Below, in pieces: positions 38,062-51,729 of a stretch of DNA of 64,000 bases. A program made the translations under genes and the position numbers. The stretch is from Eledone cirrhosa (taxonomy: Eukaryota): positions 288,176,001 through 288,240,000 of the forward strand of contig OZ024740.1 of the NCBI GenBank assembly GCA_964016885.1, in the 5' to 3' direction. How positions within the stretch are numbered: the first letter of the stretch is position 1; each line of letters starts with the position of its first letter. The notes beneath the pieces are model-generated. The model saw only the letters and a list, made by a program, of their open reading frames with translations, was not told the DNA's origin and made no database searches.

Positions 38062-41000
38062 TCTCTCTATATATAAAACGGAAGATGTCTGTCTGTGTGA
38101 GTGTATGATTTTTATACATTTCCACATTTCTCTACCGATTTTGATGATTTTTGTCCAATGTGCTCCAAATTTACCAACGATGGTCAACGCATAATAAACT
38201 TTGCCAAATATTTCCTGCTTCTATGAAAAAAGTCGATAAAACTAAATACATGCTGAAACCCTCTCTCTTACACGCTTAATCCCTCTCTCTACTACTCTCA
38301 AAAATCGACGAAAGTACATACATGATGCAACTCTCTTTTAAAGGTTCAACCCTCCCTCTACTCCCTTCTCAATCTCCTCTGCAACTCTCTTTAAAAGGTT
38401 AATCGCTCCCTCTACTACCCTATCACCATTACAGTTTACAACAGCGACAAAACATCGTTCAGGAACGCGACATAAACTTTGAAAATTAAGCAACACATCA
38501 ATTTATACAACAACAAACATAGTCATAACGACGCTCATACATCAAATAACAAAACTTAAAAAGCCGATAAAACTAAATACATGCTCCTCTCTCACCATTA
38601 CATTTTACACCATTACATTTTATATCAAATAACAAATATTCAAAAGCAACAGTTGAATTTATACAACAAACGTAGTCATAACGACGCTTAAGCATCTATC
38701 TACTTGAATCTCAACAAAGACATTATATTTTATTGTTGTCCTTTTTGTAATATTTTTTCTTTGTTTTTAGCAATATGAGACAAAAAAATAATGAGAAAAC
38801 TTTTTTCAGGAACGTCCGATTTTGATAATTTTTTTTCCAGTGTGCTCCAAATTATCGCCCCTGTTTACGCGTCGACCTTCATTGGGAGTCCCCGATACAT
38901 GAGTGAACGCACACAGGATGCTATGACGTACGTGCGTCTCTACGGCAGACCGGATTTCTTCATCACTTCAACATGCAACCTTAAGTAGACTGAAATTACC
39001 GCGGAATTAATCCCTGGACAAAGGGCGTCAGACAGACACGACCTTACGGCACGAGTCTTCCACTTGAAATTGACAAAACTTATTAAACTCCTAAAATCAG
39101 GTAAGGCCTTTGGATCTATTAGGTGATACGTGTACACCACCGTTGAGTGGCAAAAGAGAGTCCTGCCACACGCCCACCTACTCATTTGGCTGATAACGAA
39201 AATCATCGCAACCAGCATTGACAGCATTATTTCAGCAGAAATACCCGACCCAAAATTGGACAGAGAACTCCACAACATCGTCACTGCTCACATGGTGCAT
39301 GGGCCATGCGGAAACGGTTTCAACATGAATTCGCCATGCATTAAAGAAAGAAGATGCACCAAGAGGTATCCTAGGCCATTCCTCCGAGAAACTCGGACAA
39401 GTGGCGACGGTTACCCATTATACCGCCGCAGGGAGCCAGCGGACGGAGTAATTGTTGCGAAAACACCACATCACCACGTCGACAACCGGTGGATTGTACC
39501 CTACTGCCCACTTCTGCTTAAATTGTTTAACGCCCACATTAACGTTGAATACTGCCACTCTGTCAAATCAAAAAAGTACGTCTGCAAGTATATCAATAAG
39601 GGGTCCGATGCTGCGTCCTTCGGTCTTACAATGGAGAACAGCCGAGACGAAGTAACTCGATACCAGGTCGGTCGATACATCAACAGTAATGAAGCGTTCT
39701 AGCGATTCTTCCACTTTGCAATACACCATAACTACCCCCCCCCCCTCCTCAAACAGTTGGCGGTGCACCGCCTCCACCGCTGCTGAGATAGCAGAGGAAC
39801 CCAAGGATACCACACTTACGGCATTTTTTAAGTTATGCCGAAACGATCCCTTCGCCAAGACCCTCTTCTACTCTCAGGTGCCATCATACTACACATGGAA
39901 CACAGACAACAGAATTTGGTTAAGAAGGGTGAAAGGACAACCCATCGAGGGACATCCAGACATTAAAATCTCCCCTACCCTTGGGATAGTCTACACCATT
40001 CATCCTAACCAACAGGAATGCTTTTATCTCCGCCTTCTACTGCATGAGGTGGTAGGACCGACATCTTTCGACGGTCTGAAAACAACCAACGGGGAGGTTT
40101 GTACTTCATTCCGCGCAGCCTGCCTTAGACTGTGGGGCTTGCATTAAGTCATCTCCCCTGTGGCAGGAGGTGACAATTCTGACCCTCACAACAAACATGA
40201 GAGCCCAACTGCTCGGCGACCACTCATCAGCCGACTTCTCGAGGGACCTCTTAACAGTTGGTGACGGCACTGCACCTTCTGATGCAGCTGGAGAAATGGT
40301 AGTCTCGCAAGTAGGCACCGTTGTCGACACTGTTGACGACCTCACAGCCTTTGTCTTTCCCGATATGGCCATCAACTACAAAAACATGAGTTGGCTGTGC
40401 GATAGAGCCATATTGGCTCCCAAAAAATGTCTCCGTTGCAAAAATCAATGAGGACCTTCTACAACGCATTCCTGGAAACCTCCGTACCTACAAATCTGTG
40501 GACAAAGTTGTGGACAAAGATGAGGTTGACGATTTTCCAACAACATTCCTCAATTCCTTGGACCTCTCTGGACTGCCACCTCATGAACTGCGCGTCAAAG
40601 TTGGGACTCCAGTGATGCTGTTGAGGAACCTGGAACCACCACGTCTCTGCAACGGAACACGGTTAGTGGTAAGAAACCTCCTGCCCCATGTAATTGAAGC
40701 CACAATTCTCACGGGCTGTGGTGCTGGAGAAAACGTCTTCATACCCAGAATACCATTAACTCCATCAGGTACGGGATGCCCCTGTACTCTGCGCCGACTT
40801 CAATTCTCCGTTAAACTTTGCTTCGCGATGTCAATCAACAAGTCCCAAGGCCAAACGCTATCAACGGCAGCCCTCCATTTAGCTCAGCCGTGCTTCTCAC
40901 ACGGCCAATTATACGTCGCGTGCTTAAGAGTGGGATGCAAGCAGAACTTATTCATACTTGTGCCCAAAGGCAGAACAAAAAATGTGGTCTACAAAGAGGT

Positions 41001-41186
41001 GCTGTGACTCCTGTATTCAGCACCACTACAGTCTTGCCGGTCTGACATATGGTGAGTAGATGCTGTTGTTGTATATTTTCAAACTTACTCGTATTTACTT
41101 TCTTTGCCTCAATAATCATAATTGAGTGGAATCATTGAGTACTTTAAAGCAATTAAACTCCGAGCAACGCCAGGCACTACTGCTAG
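38062..41186 (+). mobile_element. Helitron (internally deleted)
   Basis: 5' TC..TATATATAAAA, 3' CCGAGCAACGCCAGG hairpin remnant and CTAG, inserted between A and T; RepHel fragments inside. Confidence 0.9.
38870..41007 (+). pseudogene. Helitron Rep-helicase remnants
   Basis: STFIGSPRYM..YGRPDFFIT, VEWQKRVLPHAH (HUH), KYVCKYINKG, Pif1 motifs LCNGTRL, AMSINKSQGQT, FSHGQLYVA; stops, frameshifts, deletions. Confidence 0.93.
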
Positions 41187-41217
41187 TTAGTAATATTCTA
41201 AAAACTCAGATTATATT

Positions 41218-41296
<79 letters not shown>

Positions 41297-41439
41297 ATTC
41301 ATGTCTCTATAAACAACGTAGATGTTGAGTCATGGAAGAAAATAAAAATAATTTTTCTTTCTATCTTGTTTCAAAACTTTAAGTAGAAAATATGTCTTTA
41401 GAATATAATAGTTTCATAGTCAAGGTATAAATATAAATA

Positions 41440-42780
41440 GGTTATATCACAAGTTTATGTTGGTCATAACACACATTTATGTAGTCCTTGTTACAGCCTT
41501 ATGGTGCTCATGTTGCAAGCATTGTGTTGGTCATATCACAGCGTTATGCTGGTCATATCACAGCTTTGTGTAGGTCATAGCTTTATTAGTCATGTCATAG
41601 ATTTATGCTGATCATATCACAGCTTTGTTAACTATATCATAGCTTTATATTGGCTAATGTTACACTTTTATGCTGGTCGTATCACGACATTATATTAATA
41701 ATGACCCAACTTTATCGTGTCACAGCTTTATGAAAATCATGTCACAACTTTATATTGGTTCTGTTGTTGCTTTATGATGATTATGACAGCTTTATATTGG
41801 TCACATCATAGCAGCGGCGTGCAGAGCTCTAGTGATGCCCGGGGAAAATCTTGATTGTATTCTCCAAAGACACAAGTATAAGGCCTAATATACTGAGAAA
41901 TATTATGAGAAAGGAAAATATTTTGAATATATAAACAGATGAAACATTCGACTTTAATATAAATCAATCAAATTTATTAAGTTTTTAGTGAATTGGCCAT
42001 AGGGTTATTTACTCCAGTAAATACCACTACATGCCAACCACTAATTTAATTTGTTTAGAAGATGTAAAAGAAATGACGATGTAGTAATTGAAACATGACG
42101 AATACTTCGGAAAAGTGTATCAGTAACGATTTGCCTTTATTGAAGTAGCTTGTTACAATTTTGGTAGTGAAATGTACCTCGTGCCATGATGTGGTGTAAT
42201 CCTGAGGTATAGGATAGGATTAGAAAAAGTTTAGCATCTGTGCTTGGTGTGGTCAGTTCTAGAGCCGTTGGTGAAAGAGAGGTAGATTGTCCTTTGCTCC
42301 TTCTTTTATAATCTCTGAAACGGAAGTTCAAGGGGTATTCTAGAAATTCTACGGGAAGTAACTCTACCTACTTCCCTTTGTCTAGAGAGCGCTACAAGTT
42401 CTTTTCCCCAAATGATGCCCCCATCCAATGGATGCCCGGGGCCAACGCACCGTCGCTCCCACCCCCTCTGCACGTTACTGCATCACAGCTTTGTTGGTCA
42501 TGTCAAGGTTATTTATGTCACAATTTTGTGTTAGTCGCATAAAGGTTTTAGATTGTCCATGTCACAGCTTTGCGTTGATCACGTCACTTTATGTTAGCTA
42601 TGTCACAGTTTTGTTGATCACGTCACAGTTCTGTTGTTCATGGCACAGCTTTATGTTTTGCCTGTAACAGCTCTATGCTTGTCATGACACAGCTTTTGCC
42701 GTGACATATTGTTGTCACTGCTTTATGTAATCCACAACACAGATGTCACAACTTATTGTTGGCCATGTCACACTTTTATA
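41440..42780. repeat. Degenerate 22-bp minisatellite (ATATCACAGCTTTATGTTGGTC) interrupted by a MITE
   Basis: Direct reading. Confidence 0.85.
41812..42480. mobile_element. Non-autonomous hAT element
   Basis: TIRs CAGCGGCGTGCAGAG/CTCTGCACGTTACTG; 8 bp TSD CATCATAG/CATCACAG; GATGCCC subterminal repeats. Confidence 0.85.
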
Positions 42781-43159
42781 TTGTCCACTTTTTTATTGTC
42801 GCTCAAGCATTTATAACAGAACTATAAAAACTGCTGACCTATATTCGCCTAAAAAGTTTCTCATGTTTAGGCATGCGTGGGTGTTTGTGCATTGGGTGCA
42901 TGAGTGTGTGTCTATGTGTCTATGTGTGTGCATGTGTGTATGCATATGTATGTGTGAGTGTGCGTGTATGTGTGCGTGTTTACGTGTCTGTGGGAGTTAG
43001 TTCATTTGAATATACATATATTCGCTTATGTATGTACGTGTGTATGTCTGAGTAGAATACAATGATATCATTTATAGTAGAATTATGTTTGTATCTATTA
43101 ATTCCACTGTGTGTTTCTGTGTGTAGTTGAGCATGCGGATTTGAACGTTTGTGTTATCA

Positions 43160-43211
<52 letters not shown>

Positions 43212-43469
43212 TTGTACGGATGTATGTATGAATAAATTTAAATAAAATATGATAGTTGAATAAATCGGGTAAATTATCCCTGGAGATTGAAAAGCGCGGG
43301 CAGAGACGCCCATTCAACCATTATTATAGATATCTGCATTGGCGATGATATCTTCTAATTTCCCAAGTCAACCAAACCATAATGTGTAGATATTACTGTA
43401 GGGTCTGTCATGTAATATACTATAATATAATATGATGTAATATATATATATATAATATAATATGATGTA

Positions 43470-43501
<32 letters not shown>

Positions 43502-43552
43502 ATATAATATGATGTAATATATATATATATATATATAAAATATAATATGATG

Positions 43553-43638
<86 letters not shown>

Positions 43639-43654
43639 TAAAATAACAGATTAA

Positions 43655-43705
43655 AGTTTAAGCAAAGAATCGCTGCTTTCACCCTTAACGGGATCTTCTG
43701 AAACT
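43655..43705 (-). ncRNA. Hammerhead variant (CAGAAGA core), left arm
   Basis: Reverse complement of 45063-45113. Confidence 0.65.
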
Positions 43706-45062
43706 AACAAAGTCAATCTGTAAACGCAGAACTGGATATTTCAAAAAACGTTGCAACCGGAGGAAGACAGGAAGACGATACTTTGGTTCGTGGTAACGTT
43801 CGCTGGCAAAGAACGGGAAAAAACGAATAATACGTCATTAATAGGAGCGGTGAAAAACAATTACGCGCAAAAACAAAACCACGTTTATGGTATAAAAGAG
43901 GTCGTAGACTAATGTTCTCTTAGGTGGTGCATAGAGACGTTCTCTGGCAATGAACGAAAAAACGAAGATAATAAGTCATATGTGGAGCGTGGAGAACAAT
44001 AGCACGCAAAGACAAAACCACGAAAATGGTATAGCAGAAATCGTAGACTAAAATTCTAACTAGGAGACCAAATGAATCTCCGCTACAGAGTTAAGAACAA
44101 AGTAAATAAATACAATACAGAAGTAATAGGAACAAATAAATACATACACGCAAACAGATACGTACATACACAAGCATACGCAAAACCTTACCATGGGTAT
44201 ACAAAACCACGCACATATAAATATGTGTGTGTGTGTATGTTTGTGTACAAATAAATAAATAATTATATAAACGTATATAAGTAAATAAATACGTATATAA
44301 CAAGCGCACACGCATACCTACATATAAATACACGAATGTTCGGAGACATAAGTCAACTAAAACAAGAAGTACACATATACACACACCCACCATACGTACG
44401 AACCTGCACACTCACGCGGACGCAAAACCCTAAATACCAGAATATGTAAAAATTGCGTGTGCGCTTGTTATATACGTATTTATTTACTTATATACGTTTA
44501 TATAATTATTTATTTATTTGTACACAAACATACACACACACACATATTTATATGTGCGTGGTTTTGTATACCCATGGTAAGGTTTTGCGTATGCTTGTGT
44601 ATGTACATATCTGTTTGCGTGTATGTATTTATTTGTTCCTATTACTTCTGTATTGTATTTATTTACTTTGTTCTTAACTCTGTAGCGGAGATTCATTTGG
44701 TCTCCTAGTTAGAATTTTAGTCTACGATTTCTGCTATACCATTTACGTGGTTTTGTCTTTGCGTGCTATTGTTCTCCACGCTCCACATATGACTTATTAT
44801 CTTCGTTTTTTCGTTCATTGCCAGAGAACGTCTCTATGCACCACCTAAGAGAACATTAGTCTACGACCTCTTTTATACCATAAACGTGGTTTTGTCTTTG
44901 CGCGTAATTGTTTTTCACCGCTCCTATTAATGACGTATTATTCGTTTTTTCCCGTTCTTTGCCAGCGAACGTTACCACGAACCAAAGTATCGTCTTCCTG
45001 TCTTCCTCCGGTTGCAACGTTTTTTGAAATATCCAGTTCTGCGTTTACAGATTGACTTTGTT

Positions 45063-45113
45063 AGTTTCAGAAGATCCCGTTAAGGGTGAAAGCAGCGATT
45101 CTTTGCTTAAACT
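45063..45113 (+). ncRNA. Hammerhead variant (CAGAAGA core), right arm
   Basis: AGTTT-CAGAAGA-t CCC gttaa GGG t-GAAA-GCA..TGC-TT-AAACT. Confidence 0.65.
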
Positions 45114-45371
45114 TTAATCTGTTATTTTAATAAATATTTGCTCTACGGTTCTTATATATTTGATATATATTTTCCTTATCGAGCCCTCTTTGGATTTTAG
45201 TCTTCAATTTTATTATTATTACTATATATATATATATATATGGAAAGTTATATTTAAATTGTTGGGTTAACAACGAGTAAATATTTATAACTGATATAAA
45301 AGCACTCAACAAGTATTTGGAGTATATTTATGATATTAAATAAATGGAAACTATATTTATAAAACTATATT

Positions 45372-45437
45372 TATTTCATTATATATATTTCAGGGATATC
45401 ATATTAACAATATGTTATGCCTTCATCAGACAAAATA
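45372..45437 (-). ncRNA. Type I hammerhead, left arm of palindrome 45330-45652
   Basis: Reverse complement of 45545-45610. Confidence 0.7.
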
Positions 45438-45544
45438 CAATATAAACAGTCTTATAAATAAATAGATATGCCAAATCAACTTCCCAAATGCAAGTCGATT
45501 GAAAGGTATGTCATATCTATTTATTTATAAGACTGTTTATATTG

Positions 45545-45610
45545 TATTTTGTCTGATGAAGGCATAACATATTGTTAATATGATATCCCTGAAATATATA
45601 TAATGAAATA
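45545..45610 (+). ncRNA. Type I hammerhead, right arm
   Basis: TATTTTGT-CTGATGA-AGG...CCT-GAAA-TATATA-TA-ATGAAATA. Confidence 0.7.
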
Positions 45611-45650
45611 AATATGGTTTTATAAATATAGTTTCCATTTATTTAATATC

Positions 45651-45685
<35 letters not shown>

Positions 45686-45824
45686 AAAGCTTGGTTTTCC
45701 GAGAGGGATCGCGAAGAAACCAGTTAAATAAGGTACTCAATATTTTAGTAGAGAAAATACATTTCATACAGAAATAATTTCTACGGGACTAGAACTGCCA
45801 TATATTGTTTGAAATATATATGTA

Positions 45825-45875
<51 letters not shown>

Positions 45876-46078
45876 ACGGATATTTATTTATATCCCGTAA
45901 CTGAGCGGCTCGGCTAAAAGAAATCGATAAAGTATATAACAAACCGAAGAAATCAAAGACTACCATATTCCACTGACAGTCCGAGGCTACAGTATAACAC
46001 TTGCCCAAAGTCTCATGCAATGGGACTGAGCCCGATGACGAAACAATATGGTTGGGAAGTGAACTGTTTAACCACACA
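45876..46078 (-). mobile_element. tRNA-derived SINE family C
   Basis: rc GTGTGGTTAA..TCCCAACCA..CAGTCCCA..TTGGGCAAGTG; similar to 51307-51463. Confidence 0.65.
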
Positions 46079-46110
46079 GTCGTGTGTGTTTTTTGTGTGT
46101 GTGAGCACAT

Positions 46111-46395
46111 ATGAAAGTCTAAAGTCTGCCCTGAGCCAGAAGGCTCATTTGGCCGGTGCTTATCCCGGTTTCATGGTGTGAAGCGACTGAGAGTACAAGA
46201 CTCCCCCCTGTACAGGACGCCAGTCCATCGCAGGGTTAAACCTCCAGCTATTGCTGGTACTTATTTTCAGTTGAGTAAACTGGAGCAACGTGAAATAAAG
46301 TGTCTTGCTCAAGGAAACAACACATCATCCGGTCCGAGATTTGAACTCACAACCTTTCGATTGCAAGCCTACTGCTCTAACCACTAAGGCATGCG
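46111..46395 (-). mobile_element. tRNA-derived SINE family B, near full length
   Basis: rc GGCGCATGCCTTAGTGGTTAGAGC..GAGTTCAAATC..CCTTGAGCAAGACACTT..GATAAGCACCGGCC. Confidence 0.85.
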
Positions 46396-46591
46396 CCTTC
46401 ATGTGAGCACATATATACATGTATATCTGTGCATGTGTGTGTGTTTGTGCGAGTGAGTGTGCGCCCGTGTATTTCTGTATATGTGCATGTATTGGTGTGT
46501 GATTATGCGTTTCTATGAGGGTCAAATATTTACATGTGTGGGTCAAATATTTACATTTGTTTTACCGCACAAAAAGTGTATTCATGTACTA

Positions 46592-48530
46592 CCGTGTTTC
46601 CCCGATTATAAGCCATGGCTTATATTAATTTTTACTCCGAAATGTATCACTACGGCTTATTTTCGGAGGAGGGGGTTCATATACCGAAAAAACGACACTA
46701 CGAAACTGAAAATTAAAAATTCGCTAAATGATTGGAAATTACGATAAAACAATCTGCATTTACGCGCAACGTTTATTTGAAAGATCAAATTTATTAAAAA
46801 TTAACACACCCTTTAATTCAAAAACTCATGAGCGAAATAATCCACTAATTTATTCAAAAATAATCATGTCATCCTGCTCTGGAATGTCATTGTTTTCCAA
46901 ATCAGTGGATTCAATGATTCCTGTGGAATTTTCTTGTAACTCAATTTCCTGCAGAAATTTCCTCCCTAGTCTTTCGTGTTGAGCGATAGAGGTTGAATTG
47001 AATGGAGAGTTCTTATCCAGATAGCCTGCTCATAGTGCATTCATGACACAGCTATCTGTGATTTTTGTTCCATGAATTTCTTACCCAAGTCACGATCTCT
47101 TGAAGGCTGGGCTTCACGAAATTTCCCCGCTCATTTTTCGCCATTCTATTTTCGATGTAGTCATTTATTTCCTTGCGCAGATGGTCCTTGAATGGTTTAT
47201 TCAGTGCGATGTCAAGAGTCTGGAGATAGGTGGTCATTCCTGCGGGAATCATCATTTGATCGATTCTTCTTTCTGTAAGAAAGTTCTTCATATCTTTGGC
47301 GCGGTGCGTGCTGGCTGAATCCCAGACTATGAGACCTATTTGGGTTCCACGCAAAATCAATGGCAGCATGAAATCGACCCACTTCCTTAAAACTGCCTGT
47401 GTGCACCACGCCTTTTCTGTTTCCAGAACACAGATACCTGAAACGCGTTCAATTTATCTTTCTTGCCTTTAGTGGTGATAAGAGGTGGGGCTTTGCTTCC
47501 GTCGAGACGAATTGCCAAGATATAGTATGTAACTCGGGAACTTTTGTAACCAGTGGATGGAATGTAAATTGACGACTCACCCCTTTGATCAATTGTAGAT
47601 TGAGAGCTTTGATCCATGAATACTGCTGTTTCATCCATAGCAATGATGTTGGAGAGACGGTAGTTAGAAAAGTCTATTCCATCAACAAAAGACTTAAATG
47701 CGAGTGCACGTTTAATAATCTCAGTATCGTCCAGTTTGAACAGTGTTTCCGATCTTCTCAGAGAAAATTCGTGTCGCTGAAGGAAATTATCCAGCCAGTG
47801 TTTGGATGCTTTGAATTCTTCTGGAACTATACCAAACTCTAGTGCATTTGTAAGGGCAAATGTTTGAATATCAGCCCTGTGAACAACCAAAGCTCTGGCT
47901 CTTCTTTCAGCAATCCATTCACAGATGGCGTCTTCCAGCTCAAGAAATATCGGTTGTCGACCAGATCCACGCTTACATTTCTTTGCATTTCCCTCGTCCA
48001 TGTCCTGACTGAGTTTATCGTAGTCCATTCTCCATCTATGAACCATTCGGAGATCCAGATTCTTTTCTTTGCAGAAAATAGTAAGATTCTTGCCCAGTGA
48101 TTCCTCTATAATTCCTTTCTTATACTCGACTGTATAACTCTTCTTTCCTTTCATCTTGTCTAGGGCTGAAAATGATCTTCTCCCCTGAAGTTACTGATAA
48201 GCCATTACTTCCGGTTTGTACCCGCATTTGAATAAACAATATTGATTGCATGCACTTTCCCCTTTCCTTTCGTTAATTTCATTATCGATTTTTTTCACTT
48301 CCGCGCATTCCACAAACCTCTTATACACCCGCTTGTCAGTTAGTTTTACATTAAGATACAATCCTGTACTATAATGGCTGATTGCGCCAATTTTCATAGC
48401 CGGCCATTTCTTTCTTTTGGCGTTCATTTTTGCTACGGCTTATTTTCGGGGCATGGCTTATATTAAATCCATCCTGAAATGTAGTGCTACGGCTTATTTT
48501 CGGGGGTGGCTTATAATGGGGGAAACACGG
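46592..48530 (-). mobile_element. pogo/Tigger-family DNA transposon, both ends present
   Basis: TIR CCGTGTTTCCCC..ATTATAAGCC at both ends, TA TSD, subterminal GGCTTAT repeats. Confidence 0.93.
46850..48154 (-). pseudogene. pogo transposase (HTH plus CENP-B HTH plus DDE_1), frameshifted
   Basis: FKASKHWLDNFLQRH, IAMDET, WDSASTH, LQTLDIALNKPFK. Confidence 0.9.
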
Positions 48531-48966
48531 TAGATATGTTTATGTGAATGTATAAGTGTGTGTCTGAACAAATATATCTATAACTGTAATTATAGTTCTG
48601 TATGATGTAATAGTGTGTGAGAGAGTGCATGTGTGCATGTGTAAGAAATCTTCGTGTGACTGAACGTGTTATTATGTGTATGTGTGTGCGAAAATGTATT
48701 TATGACTGCATATGTCTGGAAGTGTGTGAAAAATCTATGCACGCTTGACAATGTATTTGTGTCAGTATATGCGTGTGTGGGTGGGAGAAATAAAAAGTGT
48801 ATGTGCGGGAAAGAAAGAGAAAAGCAATCGTATGTGTATGTTGATACATACATACATACATAATTGTTTCTACTTTTAGCACGAGGCCAGCAAATATCCC
48901 AATCCATTACTGGTACTTTATTTTATCGACCCCGTAAGGATGAAAGGCAAAGTTAACCTTGGCGGG

Positions 48967-49410
48967 GTACATACATAATGGCTGCAGCTCGATTTCGAGT
49001 AATGCCATCGCTCGATACTTAAGCAGACGTGGCTTTTTAGACCTGCTAGGGACTTGCTTATGGCCAGCGATGCCTATGCTTGAAGCTTTAAGTGAACATC
49101 GAATGCATTTACGCAAACAGAAGAACTGGTCAACATCATTGGATGCAAACGAAGTCGCATAAAGTGACCTTCTAGAGAGATGTCTTAATGCAGGCTAGGA
49201 ATCTCTCGCTCCACGAAAAAGAAACACAACTTTATTGGAAGGCCATTGACTCTTTTCAGTTCCTCCGCCCTTTGACGGGTTTTGCTTTTCATCCCGCAGG
49301 GTGTCCAAAATCACACTCCTCACCAAGCAAGCTTGGCGGGTTTAGTGGCCGACGATCCGACCATACACACACAGGTTTTACTGGGTTACATGTTGCCAGT
49401 AGCACTGAAG
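48967..49410 (-). mobile_element. Internally deleted RTE-derived non-autonomous element
   Basis: Shares 5' part and 3' end (..ACTCGAAA.CGAG.TG.CAG..) with 62961-63556. Confidence 0.65.
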
Positions 49411-49650
49411 AGAGACCTGACATACATACATGCATACATAGATACATACTCCCCCCCCCCCTCTGCCATATATATGTAGCGAAAGAAATGCTTTCCCCTA
49501 CAAAAGCGGCCACCAAGTAAGTGACCTGCGACCTCGCCCAGAAGACAATAGATAAAGTCGCCTGGTGATAGGATTTACAGCACCTTTCGTAGGAAGGAGA
49601 AGATATTCTATGGCCATCTGTTATCTATCAAAAATAACTAGCCGTCATTA

Positions 49651-49833
49651 TGGCAGTACCGGTAGAGGGTCGGACACCATGCTTTGCAGCACAGTTACGT
49701 CCCTTTACAGACTAAGTTCAAATCCCGCTGAGGTTAACTTTGCCTTTCATCCTTACGGGGTCGATAAAATAAAGTACCAGTAATGTACTGGGTAATTGCT
49801 GGCCTTGTGACAAAAGTAGAAACTATTATAATT
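49651..49833 (+). mobile_element. SINE family A
   Basis: Near-identical to 8370-8545. Confidence 0.9.
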
Positions 49834-50467
49834 AGGATGTCCTGTGGTCCTAACACTCAGTTGTCTGTCTCTTCTCCTAGACAACACAGTTCACTGTCAC
49901 TTCACTTGTACAACTCAACCTCACCACATAAGAGTTTACTACTACCTCTGCTGGTACATACTGTCTGACTACAGCTTGTCATTTTATAAGGGAGCAGCAT
50001 CCCATGGTAAACAAAGAGACCCTCGCACAACACAGAATACTTATTGAATACTATATTCATTTATGAATACTACAGTCAAACTTTATATTTATGATTCGAA
50101 GTAATCATATTTTTTTCCGTTTTGCTGAAGTGAAGTAAAGATATATATTCAACAAGAATTGTTGGTATTTGTCGTGTATGTCATTTAATCCTCAACTCTT
50201 AAAACTTCGCTTCATAAATAGATATATGTGTGTGTGTGTGTGTGTGGGTGTGTGTGTGTGTGTTCGTGCGTGCGTGTGCGTGCGTGTGCGTGCGTGTGTG
50301 TGTGTATGTGTGTGTGTGGGGTGGGGGTATGTGTGTGTGCGGGGTGGGGGTACACCCTGATAAAAATAAAGGAGACGAAGAGTACTCAATAAAAGTTTGA
50401 AAATACAATTGTTTAATTTATTAGGCTGAAATTTACGGCGTTACTAAGAAAGTTCACGTTTTGCACT

Positions 50468-50677
50468 GAGGACCGGCGCCAGGGTATTTTTCGCCGCGGC
50501 TCGCCCTACAGTGTGCCAGCTCCCTTCACTTAGTTATGTGCCCCATTATCCCAAATATAATAATTTTTAACTTAGAGTTTAGCAAGTTTTCAAACAATTT
50601 TTGGCATTTCTTGCTCTGGCCACACTCAGAAAATGACCAACGGCTGCCCAGTTGGTGCAATGGCGGCGCTGGCCCTG
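50468..50677. mobile_element. hAT-type MITE
   Basis: TIRs GAGGACCGGCGCC/GGCGCTGGCCCTG; TSD TTTGCACT/CTTGCACT. Confidence 0.7.
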
Positions 50678-51463
50678 CTTGCACTTTTTCTCAGACAGAA
50701 ATATAAAATGTAGAATCTCTGAGTAGCTGCATAAATCTTTTCTGCCGAATAAATTATTTAGAGAGAGATGGAGAGAGGAAGAGAGATGGAAAGAGAGAGA
50801 GGGGGGGGGGGGGAGATAAGAAGAAGAATGTGAATGTGAGTGAAATAATGAGAAGTATTTAGATGGTAGGGGGAGGATGATAAGATATAATGAGTGGTGT
50901 TATGAGTAAAACAAGCAACACTGGACTTCAACAGTGCTGAAGGCCGATTGTGTCTTGTATAATATATATCAAAGTTTCCACGTCGTCTATGTTTCATCAG
51001 GCAGACAGAAAACGAGATAAAACATGGATATGGGGCATAAATGTTATCAAATGTGGCATAGTGGTTAGGGTGTTGGGCTTACTGTCGTAATGTGGTAGGT
51101 TCGTTTCTTGGAAGCGGTGACGCGTTATGTTTTGGAGCAAAACACTTCATTTCATGTTGCTATAGTACACTCAGTCGAAAATTAGTGCCAGCAGTAGCTG
51201 GGGGTTAGCCTTGCAATGGTCTGGTGTCCTGTCTAAGAGAGGCTTGTATTCTCAGTCGCTTAACATTAATAAAACTGAGATAAACTCCGGGATTTTTTAT
51301 ATATAGGCACAAGCATGCAGGTATGGTTAACGAGATCGCTTCGCAACCAAATGATTTCGGGTTCAATCCCACTGCGTTGCACTACGACAAGTGTCTTCTG
51401 CTATAGTATCGGATTGACCAATGTATTATTTGTGAAGTTGGTAAACGGAAACTGTGTGAAAGC

Positions 51464-51680
51464 TCTTCTTCTTCTTCTTCTTCTTGCTTGACGAAGCCTG
51501 GGGTCATCTTAAGCCAGCGATCCCAGAAGAATCATCGTGCGTAGACTCTACCATGTTCACCAGCGCCCTACATCGCTGGCAGTCCCGTGCCAGCTCCTCT
51601 GCATCCTCCAAGGTAATGTCGAGCCTCCGGAGATCTTCCTTCATGATATCCAGCTATCTGGTGCCGGTGGGTGGCTGCCG
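51464..51680 (-). mobile_element. RTE LINE 3' fragment with (AAG)n tail
   Basis: rc translates LDIMKEDLRRLDITLEDAEELARDCQRCRALV, an RTE-type C-terminus. Confidence 0.65.
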
Positions 51681-51729
51681 CGTAGCCTCTTCCAGTTGCA
51701 GTAGAAACTCGCATGTGGCTGTCAAAATA

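Larger units (their letters stand above)
43631..45152. mobile_element. Large tail-to-tail inverted repeat element (about 684 bp arms)
   Basis: 43631-44314 is the reverse complement of 44454-45137 with few mismatches; HHR near each outer end. Confidence 0.92.

Noticed and set aside
44060-44708. Duplicated 83/60 aa ORFs on opposite strands
   Set aside because: By-product of the inverted repeat in low-complexity sequence
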